Of a DNA stretch of 26,160 nucleotides, positions 16,269-24,039 are shown piece after piece; within the stretch, counting starts at the first letter, position 1; each line of letters starts with the position of its first letter. The position numbers and the translations under genes are program-made. The stretch comes from a virus (taxonomy: Duplodnaviria > Caudoviricetes). Location: the IMG/VR virus record IMGVR_UViG_3300037991_000413, positions 1-26,160 of that record; one strand, 5' to 3'. The notes below the pieces were generated by a model. It did not search any database. It worked only from the letters and a program-made list of their open reading frames with translations, and was not told the origin of the DNA.

Positions 16269-16864
16269 ACTGCTTCCATAGCTCCAAAACTAATTCCATA
16301 AACTGCTAATTGATCTACACTGTATGCAGTTTCATTACTGCTTAATCTGAACAGACCATTAGCACTTGTAAGATCCGCTGATACTGCTGACCGATCTTTT
16401 CTAAGGCTAGGCCATATCTCTAGATCTGCTGCGCTCCCTGTACCTGTATAGTCAGCTAACACCTTATGCAACGTCGAGTCAGAGCCAGTGCCAAAGCCAA
16501 TAAAGTCACCAGCCTTTAAAGTCTGACCAGACGTTACAACCGCGCTTACTGTATTATCACCAGCAGAGCCTGAGATAGTAGCCGCTGTCGCTGTTCCTTG
16601 TATGCTATGAGATATAGGATCACTGAGCAAAAATGTACCATGCTGACCCCTAAGACTTATAAGCCACGCTACCCAAGCCTCAGCAGTATCTCTCCGCATT
16701 GGTTTTAAACTTACATCTACTGACCACATTTGACCGCTGTAAGTGTGTGTCTGTCCATGAAAAGAAAACGGACTGCGCGAATACGCAACAGAGTTTATTG
16801 CTCTAAAGTCTATGGATCTGATTGTTGTGTAATCAGGCAATGTTAAAGGATATGTAATAGCCAT
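16265..16864 (-). CDS. Distal tail (Dit)-like protein
   Basis: First gene after the TMP; SRSPFS...Q...GQMW, AWLISLRG, LKAGDFI and IWPSLR pattern. Confidence 0.75.
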   Translation of the reverse strand: MAITYPLTLPDYTTIRSIDFRAINSVAYSRSPFSFHGQTHTYSGQMWSVDVSLKPMRRDTAEAWVAWLISLRGQHGTFLLSDPISHSIQGTATAATISGSAGDNTVSAVVTSGQTLKAGDFIGFGTGSDSTLHKVLADYTGTGSAADLEIWPSLRKDRSAVSADLTSANGLFRLSSNETAYSVDQLAVYGISFGAMEAV

Positions 16865-18528
16865 TAACTAAAAGCCCGTCCGTAACTACCACCTCTACGC
16901 TTGCTATCAACAACAGCTGCTTTCGCGCTTTCTGCAATCTGAGGTAACATCGTTTTAATTTCGTTCCTGACCGTCTGTTGTACGCCTGTAGTCACGTTAA
17001 TTGTTTGATTGATTGTCACTCCATCACCGCCACTTATCGCGCTCTGTGCTTGCCCTACAGAGAGCACACGCCCAGCTGAGGAAGGAACAAAGATTTCTCT
17101 TCCATGCTCACCGACTACAGCAGCTTGACCAGCTTGCATATAGCCGCCTGATGCAAATGCTGTTGTAGGAACTCTAGGACTAAAATTAGGTACTGGCGCA
17201 CCTATTCCTAGAAAACTCATTGTAGCATTGACTAAGCGCTGTACTACTAAGATCCTGTATAGCTCTCTTATAATTGCTTGCGCTGAAGCTTTTAAGGTAT
17301 CTTTAAAACTTTTCGACCCGTCTATTGCGCTCATGAAAACATCTTCAAAAGCAGACTCTAAAGTAGAGGCCATAGAGTCCAGATCTTCTAGAGCCTTATT
17401 CATTAACTTTAATTCTTCTGTAGCTTCTTTAACGTCTTTTGCTTTTATTGGTGTAAATCCTGTACCTTTGCTATTTCTTGCAGCGTTCATTTTATCAATA
17501 AGAGCAATTCGCGCTAATTCTTGATCTAATAGTTTCTGTCTTTCATCTTGTACTCCAGCAAGTTTTATTTCTCTCTCAGTAATCATATCTATAAGAGATT
17601 GCTTTTTTTTCTGAAAAGCTTCATCTGCCTCAAATCTTGATTGTTGCAGATTATCAAGATGTTCGTGATTTTTCGCTAGTTTTTCAGCTAACTTAACTTC
17701 TTGCTTATACAGCGAGTCCATTCGTGCTTTGTCAGTCATCTCAAAAATAGCGTCAAAAGCTTCTAGCGCTGTTAAAGCAAATGCCGAAAACTGCTTTCCC
17801 ATAGCGGTTAGAATTTCATCCATGCGTCTACGCATTTCCATTCCAGCGACAATTGTATCATTAGATAATACTAGCCCAAGCTCTCTAGCTCTTTCTGACA
17901 TTTCTCCTAATGCTCTGGCGTTATCTTGAAACAACGGAACAAGTAAGGTTGCATCAGAAGCCAGCGCTTCCATAAAGAAAGTCATTTCTTGCTGGTTTAC
18001 GTTTGCATCTTCTAACGCTTTCACATAAAGCGCTAGACCTTCATCTGAACTCAGTCCTTTGAAAGCGTCAGCAGTCAGCCCAACTTTAGGCGCAATCTGC
18101 TCGAAGAAATCGACTGCTCCACCGCCCCCCGTTTGGAAAAAGTCTGCAAATTTATCGTTAGTGTCTTTTAGTATGTCTGCAAGTTTCTCTTGAGAAACGC
18201 CAAAATTTGCAGCTGCAAAAGACATTTCTTGAAAGCGCTCAACATTGACACCAGCAAGGGTTGAAAGATTAGTAATCTCTTTTGAGGTTTGTGTAGCGTT
18301 ATCAATCATTCTTTGAAAGCCGATACTTATAGCACCGATTGATAACACACCGCCAAGCTTACCAGCAGAAAGAGTTAGCTTATCCATCGCCTTTGTTGTC
18401 TGGTTTAAATTCTTCTTAGATTGAAAAGCGAAGTTTCTAACTCTTTTGTTAGCTGCATTTATTTTTTTATTAAACTCACGATCCTTTGCAGAAAGTATAA
18501 TGTTTAATTCTTCTGCACTTATCGCCAT
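16864..18528 (-). CDS. Tape measure protein
   Basis: 554 aa, helical and Ala/Lys/Glu-rich, with N-terminal LNIILSAKD and C-terminal FASGG...VVGEHGREIFVP and INQTINV motifs; follows the chaperone pair. Confidence 0.92.
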   Translation of the reverse strand: MAISAEELNIILSAKDREFNKKINAANKRVRNFAFQSKKNLNQTTKAMDKLTLSAGKLGGVLSIGAISIGFQRMIDNATQTSKEITNLSTLAGVNVERFQEMSFAAANFGVSQEKLADILKDTNDKFADFFQTGGGGAVDFFEQIAPKVGLTADAFKGLSSDEGLALYVKALEDANVNQQEMTFFMEALASDATLLVPLFQDNARALGEMSERARELGLVLSNDTIVAGMEMRRRMDEILTAMGKQFSAFALTALEAFDAIFEMTDKARMDSLYKQEVKLAEKLAKNHEHLDNLQQSRFEADEAFQKKKQSLIDMITEREIKLAGVQDERQKLLDQELARIALIDKMNAARNSKGTGFTPIKAKDVKEATEELKLMNKALEDLDSMASTLESAFEDVFMSAIDGSKSFKDTLKASAQAIIRELYRILVVQRLVNATMSFLGIGAPVPNFSPRVPTTAFASGGYMQAGQAAVVGEHGREIFVPSSAGRVLSVGQAQSAISGGDGVTINQTINVTTGVQQTVRNEIKTMLPQIAESAKAAVVDSKRRGGSYGRAFS

Positions 18529-18741
18529 TTATCCGTACTTCCTTGCTAGTTCTTTTGCCTCTTCTAGAGAGGGTGCATTTTTACCAGCCCTGTTTGGGCT
18601 ATGCGCTTTTTGCCAACCATCAAAAACAATAAAAACATCTTTAGGTATCATGTTTCTAATTTCGTCTGGTTTAAGACCAGCTATAATTCCGTTTGCTATT
18701 ATTTTACGGACTTCAAGCCTTGTTTGCTTTTGCTGGTAACT
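18529..18741 (-). CDS. gpT segment of the gpGT chaperone, expressed by -1 frameshift (not in ORF track)
   Basis: The -1 frame after the A9 run is open for 70 codons (SYQQKQTRLEVRKIIANGIIAGLKPDEIRNMIPKDVFIVFDGWQKAHSPNRAGKNAPSLEEAKELARKYG). It ends in a TAA abutting the tape-measure ATG, giving a fusion of about 186 aa. Confidence 0.88.
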   Translation of the reverse strand, partial: SYQQKQTRLEVRKIIANGIIAGLKPDEIRNMIPKDVFIVFDGWQKAHSPNRAGKNAPSLEEAKELARKYG

Positions 18742-19088
18742 TTTTTTTTAGGTGCTTCTGCAAATGCGTCAGGCATAAACGCGATCCCTAAAACAGCCTG
18801 AGCAATTTGATAAAGCCGCAAATAATCCGCTGGAGAGCACTCTTCAATAATTGCGTCAGCTTCTGGATCTTTTAAACCGCCACCGACTAAGCCTAATGCC
18901 AAAATATCTTTTATTTCTGTTGAAGTTGGCTTGCTACTGCGCTCAAAAAAAGCATCCCAAAACTCAAAGATGCCTCTATGTTTATCCTCAAATCTTTCTA
19001 TCTCTTTAATTCGTAGAATAAACGTGTAGCTTGTACCGCCAAGCTCTTCAACTAAGCCCCCTCTAGGAGCTTCAGCGGTAATAGCCAT
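18699..19088 (-). CDS. Tail assembly chaperone gpG (GTA-gp10-like)
   Basis: 129 aa between tail tube and tape measure, with ILALGLVGGG and ending in PKKK encoded by an A9 slippery run. Confidence 0.85.
   Translation of the reverse strand: MAITAEAPRGGLVEELGGTSYTFILRIKEIERFEDKHRGIFEFWDAFFERSSKPTSTEIKDILALGLVGGGLKDPEADAIIEECSPADYLRLYQIAQAVLGIAFMPDAFAEAPKKKVTSKSKQGLKSVK
18741..18749 (-). other. Programmed -1 ribosomal frameshift slippery site (A AAA AAA)
   Basis: The minus strand reads CCT AAA AAA AAA GTT. This is an in-register X XXY YYZ heptamer at the canonical lambda G/GT position. Confidence 0.85.
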
Positions 19089-19513
19089 TAAGCAGCCGTA
19101 AAGGTGACTGTGCCGTTGCTTTCCATGCTAGTTGAAAAAGTAACACCGCCCTCAGTTTCGCCACCAAACTCTAATGACGTCACGCGAAAGTTTCCCGAGT
19201 ATGTACCAAAGTCAGGCACAACAATTTCACAATTCATTGACGGATCAGCGCCCATTGCAACGGTATTTAATCGCGCTTCAGCAGTCTCGTCTAGAAACAC
19301 GCCATCAGCTGACAAGCTTACAGATTTTAGCCCATTTAAGCTACTAGCAAACAAAGCACCAGCTGGCGAACTCGCGTCAGGGGTTGTTACATCAATTGCA
19401 CTATTATTGATTGTAATAGTCTTAGAGTTCAGCCCAGCTAAAGAAGTAAAAACTTCTGAACCGCCACCGTCTCCGACTTTTAATAAAAGTGCACGTCCTA
19501 GTTGTTTAGCCAT
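19088..19513 (-). CDS. Major tail tube protein (TP901-1/GTA-like family)
   Basis: MAKQLGRALLLKVGDG, IDVTT, SVSLSADGVF, VPDFGTYSGNF and ESNGTVTFTAA; strong SD AAGGAG. Confidence 0.92.
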   Translation of the reverse strand: MAKQLGRALLLKVGDGGGSEVFTSLAGLNSKTITINNSAIDVTTPDASSPAGALFASSLNGLKSVSLSADGVFLDETAEARLNTVAMGADPSMNCEIVVPDFGTYSGNFRVTSLEFGGETEGGVTFSTSMESNGTVTFTAA

Positions 19514-19527
19514 TTTAGAAACTCCTT

Positions 19528-19941
19528 TTAGGCTGTTTGGATATTTGCGTTAAAAAGAATTGAGCCTTTATGCCCACGATCATCAACGTTCTTTTCAACC
19601 ATGTAATTTTCACAACGTAAATCTATAAGGTTAAAACCCGTAAGACTTACGTTTGTTTCTTGTCTATGAAGCGCTGTTCGCACTGCTTCTAGAATTTGTG
19701 TAGCCTCAACACGTCCAGTTGTTTGACTAAATGCCTCAATGTATAGCGTCACGTCTGCGCCTGTAGATCCGTCTGTATCGTCAGCGCGTGGCACAATACC
19801 GCCAAACCTAATAAATGGATAGGTTACAGGGGTAGGAGGTTCATCATAAATCCTAGAGCTTACAAGCGCTGCTGTAGCGCTGTCAGCTGCTAACCTTGTT
19901 CTAACAGCCTTTTGTAATTCAAGTGCAAAACCATTACTCAT
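19528..19941 (-). CDS. Tail terminator, DUF3168-like
   Basis: ALELQKAVRTRLAAD...LVSSRIYDEPP...YPFIRFG...AVRTALH; lies immediately before the tail tube gene. Confidence 0.88.
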   Translation of the reverse strand: MSNGFALELQKAVRTRLAADSATAALVSSRIYDEPPTPVTYPFIRFGGIVPRADDTDGSTGADVTLYIEAFSQTTGRVEATQILEAVRTALHRQETNVSLTGFNLIDLRCENYMVEKNVDDRGHKGSILFNANIQTA

Positions 19942-20378
19942 TTTAACCCAGCTTCCTTAGCTGCCTTATTTATTGCTCTGCTAATTCTGCGACCGTGTTT
20001 TTTTCCTAGAAGCAAATAAGTAGTTCTAATAAAACTTTGCGGCTCAGTAGTTCCCGTAAAACGTTTTCCCGTTCCTTTTGCCTGTCTAGACGCTCCTGTA
20101 TTTCTTCTGCCAAATTCGATAGACAAGGCTCTTACTTGAGATTCTCTTGAAGGGTCAGTTGCTTCTATAGATCCGACAAAACTAAAAGGACTTTTTTCAA
20201 ATTTTGCAAAAATATCTCTAGCAGTTTTACCAGTATCTTTTGGCGCGATTGCTCTTGCTTTTGAAACACCCTCAAGCGTAGAATTTCGTATTGCATCACC
20301 TATTAGTTTTCTTTGCCGTCTAGGGTATTTGTCTAAAGCCGCCTCTAAGCCCTTACTTTGAACCTTGAAGCTAAACAT
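19938..20378 (-). CDS. HK97 gp10-like neck / tail completion protein
   Basis: Basic 146-aa protein with APKDTG, IEFG and PQSFIRT motifs; gene order fits. Confidence 0.8.
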   Translation of the reverse strand: MFSFKVQSKGLEAALDKYPRRQRKLIGDAIRNSTLEGVSKARAIAPKDTGKTARDIFAKFEKSPFSFVGSIEATDPSRESQVRALSIEFGRRNTGASRQAKGTGKRFTGTTEPQSFIRTTYLLLGKKHGRRISRAINKAAKEAGLK

Positions 20379-20716
20379 TAAGCCGCAACACCTTTTTCTA
20401 AAACAAACAAGGTAATATCATTTTTAGCAGTAGGGCTTGTAATAGATTTTATCGCCCAAGTTGTATTTCTCGCAATCACACGATCTGACAGGGTAATTGT
20501 GTTTACTGTGCTATCTGTCCTAACGCGCATATTAGCTTTTGCTACATCTTCAAACGCGCCTGTCTCGTCATTCATCGTTCCAGAGCGTTCTACGATTTCT
20601 GCAAAACGGCTAATGAGATTAGACCAGCTGTCTTGTGTAACGTTACCAAAATCATCAGCTACCGCTGACATTCTTTGAAATGTCACGCGATCACGAAATA
20701 ATCCAGACCTAGCCAA
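20378..20716 (-). CDS. Head closure / head-tail joining protein (SPP1 gp16-like)
   Basis: 112 aa with GLFRDRVTFQR...DDFGN...W and a DRVI...WAIKSI pattern; gene order fits. Confidence 0.85.
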   Translation of the reverse strand: MARSGLFRDRVTFQRMSAVADDFGNVTQDSWSNLISRFAEIVERSGTMNDETGAFEDVAKANMRVRTDSTVNTITLSDRVIARNTTWAIKSITSPTAKNDITLFVLEKGVAA

Positions 20717-21308
20717 CCCAACTATTCCTCTCAGTTGCTATCAGCTGCTCAACGCCAAACGGTAGCGTTTTAGAGATTGTGCCTATTAACTCGTTCTCAC
20801 GATTTTCATAATAGTTTGCGACCAGCATTTTTAGTGCATGACGTACCGTCTCTGGCACACTATCAGCCGTGTCACCGTAGCCGACAACGTAAGTTATCTT
20901 TATTGCATCATCACGTTTAAAGGTAACAGGCCAAGCATATCCAGATTTAGGGTATATTGTTTTATAGCCTTTTGTTCCTATGATATAATAATTTGATAAA
21001 GTATCAGTCTGCAAAACATTGTTCACGTCATAATATTCGATAGAGGTTACAGACTGAACAGGGGTAATACTTAGGTGTACTGTTGTAGCGTGAAAATCAA
21101 CATACTCAGCCCAAGTTTGGGTAATCATCGCTTTGCCTAGCATACCCGTTACATCAAGGTAATTAACTGCAACATTTATCAAAGACCCAATAATTACATC
21201 ATCATCACTATGCTCAATACGCATATGACGCTTACACTCAGCAATAGTAACAGGATCTATTGAGGGAGCTGTAACGCGCTCTAGTCGGTGTTGCAGCGGC
21301 AAATTCAT
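20709..21308 (-). CDS. Head-tail connector / adaptor (HK97 gp6-like, long form)
   Basis: PVTIAECKRHMRIEHSDDD, AMITQTW, ITYVVGYG and VPETVRHALKMLVANYYENRE are characteristic of gp6-like proteins. Confidence 0.92.
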   Translation of the reverse strand: MNLPLQHRLERVTAPSIDPVTIAECKRHMRIEHSDDDVIIGSLINVAVNYLDVTGMLGKAMITQTWAEYVDFHATTVHLSITPVQSVTSIEYYDVNNVLQTDTLSNYYIIGTKGYKTIYPKSGYAWPVTFKRDDAIKITYVVGYGDTADSVPETVRHALKMLVANYYENRENELIGTISKTLPFGVEQLIATERNSWVG

Positions 21309-21310
21309 TG

Positions 21311-21505
21311 TTATTCCTTAACGGCTGTTTTCTTCTCAGCAACTGCTTTTGTTGCTTTCTCAACTTTCTTTTCCTCAACAACTTCAGCTATGCCTTTTTC
21401 AACATATCTCTGCAAAGCGTCAGGATCATTTATTTCTACAATGTCACCGACATTGTTTGAAAAACCAATACCAGCCATAGACTGTAATAATCGTACTTTT
21501 GCCAT
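21311..21505 (-). CDS. Small post-capsid protein (64 aa), function unknown
   Basis: SD AAGGA upstream; compact beta/alpha N-terminus (KVRLL...GDIVEI...LQRYVEKGIAE) and a Lys/Glu-rich tail. Small genes like this are typical between capsid and head-tail connector. Confidence 0.8.
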   Translation of the reverse strand: MAKVRLLQSMAGIGFSNNVGDIVEINDPDALQRYVEKGIAEVVEEKKVEKATKAVAEKKTAVKE

Positions 21506-21519
21506 GATTTAAAATCCTT

Positions 21520-21549
21520 AAAAAAGTGAGGGGGTTGTTTCCCCCTCAC
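21520..21549 (-). terminator. Rho-independent terminator after the major capsid gene
   Basis: The minus strand reads GTGAGGGGG-AAACAA-CCCCCTCAC-TTTTTT: a perfect 9-bp stem, 6-nt loop and U6 tract, 9 nt after the capsid stop. Confidence 0.9.
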
Positions 21550-21558
21550 ACTGCCAAA

Positions 21559-22800
21559 TTAAGCTTGAGTTAGCGCTTTGATAGCGCCCGTGTCTGATAG
21601 ACAACCATCAAAACGGATATAACCTAGCACCCCAACGTCAGGCGCAAATCGCTCTCTCAACACTGTAATGCTCGGAGCGCCTACTTTGCGTACATAGAAA
21701 GCAGACATATCACCGAACAACACTGACTTATTACCAGTAGCAATAGAAGCCATGTCTTGATTAACCATTACTGGATAACCCAAAACTGTCTGTGGCATGT
21801 CAGCAGCGTAACCGCCAATCTCCCACAAATATCTATTCTGGCTGTCTTTCAGTTTCCTAACAGCTGATAGTGTGCTGTCATTCATCATCATAGCAACATT
21901 TGCGCCCTGTCTGTAAGCTGGATCTACTGAGTGAACTAAGTCAATCAATTCATCAGCTGCAATTGCTGTAGCTGAAGCAGCTGTGACGCCAGCACCAGCG
22001 TTAGTTGCAATACCTTCAACATCACTAGAGCCTGAGCCAGTTGTAAGTTTTGCGTTAGCAATACGGGCTAATCTCATTCCCAACAATCTACCTAAAAGGC
22101 TTTCCATGTTAAGAACTGAGTCTTGCTGCATTTCATGTGAGAAACGGATAAATTCAGTATTAAAGCCAAAAGCATTGATCTGCTTCTGCCCAAAAGTAAC
22201 GTCCTTACCACCGTCATCAGTTGGTGCAACGCCCTCAGTATGAGCTTCAGCTGTTACCGTAGTATCATCTACAGTTGGAATTTTAAAAGGCTCACCGCTA
22301 GTTGTGTTGATAGTTGTGAACATAGTTGAGGTGTACATTTCACCGTGAGCTTTCATCGTTTCGATAATAACGTTTGAAAGCGTTTCTGGAACAGTAAAGC
22401 CACCGCTAGTATTTGTGCCAGTTACTTGAACACGTTTTTCTATCAGTGCTTGCCTAGCTTCTGGTGAAACGTCAGCTAAACCACCCTTAGAAACGTACTC
22501 CATAAATGCAGCACGATATTCCATAGTTTCGCCTTGATCTGTAGCTGGTGCAGTGCGTCCTTCTACTTCTGGAAGCTTTGAAGTGTCAGGAGCTTCAATA
22601 GCCGCCTGAGCTTTTTCAAGTCTTTCCTCACGATCAGCCCGTTTTGCAAGCTTGTCGTGATCTTCCATCATTGCATCAAATTCACGTTCAATCTCAGCTG
22701 CTCTTTCTTCAGCTACATCATCCGTGATTTCTTCTAGTTTCTTACGCGCTTCTGTGGCGATATTCGCCATTTTCTCACGCAAATTTTTTATCTCAGACAT
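21559..22800 (-). CDS. Major capsid protein, HK97 fold, with N-terminal helical delta (scaffold) domain
   Basis: 413 aa with a charged coiled-coil N-terminus, GGFTVPE, LRKLKD-like VRKLKDSQNRYLW, VLGYPV, VLFGDMS and RFDG. SD AAAGGA lies upstream. Confidence 0.96.
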   Translation of the reverse strand: MSEIKNLREKMANIATEARKKLEEITDDVAEERAAEIEREFDAMMEDHDKLAKRADREERLEKAQAAIEAPDTSKLPEVEGRTAPATDQGETMEYRAAFMEYVSKGGLADVSPEARQALIEKRVQVTGTNTSGGFTVPETLSNVIIETMKAHGEMYTSTMFTTINTTSGEPFKIPTVDDTTVTAEAHTEGVAPTDDGGKDVTFGQKQINAFGFNTEFIRFSHEMQQDSVLNMESLLGRLLGMRLARIANAKLTTGSGSSDVEGIATNAGAGVTAASATAIAADELIDLVHSVDPAYRQGANVAMMMNDSTLSAVRKLKDSQNRYLWEIGGYAADMPQTVLGYPVMVNQDMASIATGNKSVLFGDMSAFYVRKVGAPSITVLRERFAPDVGVLGYIRFDGCLSDTGAIKALTQA

Positions 22801-22812
22801 ATGAGATCCTTT

Positions 22813-24039
22813 CTATTTAGGGAGAAATTTTGCTTTCATCTTTAGACGTCTAATGACGCTGTGATGTCTGCGTTTTGCGTGTCGCGCTTTTCTGTAACTC
22901 TCCAGCGCGTCAATTCCACTCCTAAGACCAATAGAAGTTTCCTCGTATGCTGGGGTTGTAACAATGCTAACATCGTGCAAATCTGCTCGTGTGATGGTGC
23001 GAGTAGGCATTTCACCTTCATCATTCCATTCTTGAGAAGTAGGTACGAAAGCAAACGACATTTTGTCCAAGTCACCCCTTTTCATTTTAGGGAGTATTGA
23101 CCGAACATCGGGATCTGAAGGATCAAGATTAGCCCTGACTTTTAGACCTCTTTCATCTTCAGATAATTCAAGCGTACCAGAACGGGTACGCGCTAATGGC
23201 AAACCAGTGTGATTAATTAGAAAAACAACATCATCACGATCTACAGCCTCAGTAAAAGCGCCTCTTGCTATCTGCTCTTGCCACTTACCAGCTATGATAG
23301 TTGGGCTGTCAAAAACTGCTGCATAACCTTCAACCGCTACAGTACCGTCATCAGCCTCTCTAACCTCTAAGCTAGATGATGGGCGCGACTCCCTGTATTT
23401 GTTTTTATGCTTTTTCTTTTTTTTGCCATGCATACTTTCTTCAACATCTTCATCGTCTAATCTTTCAGCGACAACCGTAAGTGTTGAAAACTTGTGACCA
23501 ACAAGCTGACCAGTAGGAGCGTAACCGTCATCACCCTCACGATAAAGCATTATAAGTGCTGCTGGATCATCTTCTGTTGCGTTCAGAGTAAAATCAGTAT
23601 CAGGCACGTTTAGCGTACCGTCTCTAACTATGCGCCTTACTTTGCCGTAAGCTCTGCCACCGCTACTATTCCAGCTGACAAAATCTCCGACTTTAACTCC
23701 GTCTGGTGCTGCTCTATCTTCCATGCTTTTATTTTCCTCACTGTCTGAGTATCTGTTTGCGAAAGCTTTTCCAGCGTCACCGCCCCATAAAGCCCATGCT
23801 ATTCTCCCAGCTGAGGGGTAGCCTTTTTCACCCCGTGAAAATCCCTCACCTTTTTTATCTACTTCGTGTCTTGCAAAGTAGCTTTTCATTCTCCTAATCG
23901 TGCTAAGAGAAAGATCCTTATTGTTTACAATGTCTCGCGCTCTGGCTACGCCAACAGCTGTTCCGCCTCTGTTAAATTCTCTACGCCATTCAAGACCGCG
24001 CCTTGCTTCCTGACGCATCCCCTCAGTAGGCTTAACCAT
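22813..24039 (-). CDS. Prohead maturation protease (HK97/S78 type) with two extra N-terminal domains
   Basis: The C-terminal ~190 aa has VEGYAAVF, EQIARGAF, FLINH (His), LARTRSGTLELSEDERGL, KMSFAF (Ser) and DVSIVTTPAY. The N-terminal ~215 aa is extra sequence (see findings). Confidence 0.92.
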   Translation of the reverse strand: MVKPTEGMRQEARRGLEWRREFNRGGTAVGVARARDIVNNKDLSLSTIRRMKSYFARHEVDKKGEGFSRGEKGYPSAGRIAWALWGGDAGKAFANRYSDSEENKSMEDRAAPDGVKVGDFVSWNSSGGRAYGKVRRIVRDGTLNVPDTDFTLNATEDDPAALIMLYREGDDGYAPTGQLVGHKFSTLTVVAERLDDEDVEESMHGKKKKKHKNKYRESRPSSSLEVREADDGTVAVEGYAAVFDSPTIIAGKWQEQIARGAFTEAVDRDDVVFLINHTGLPLARTRSGTLELSEDERGLKVRANLDPSDPDVRSILPKMKRGDLDKMSFAFVPTSQEWNDEGEMPTRTITRADLHDVSIVTTPAYEETSIGLRSGIDALESYRKARHAKRRHHSVIRRLKMKAKFLPK

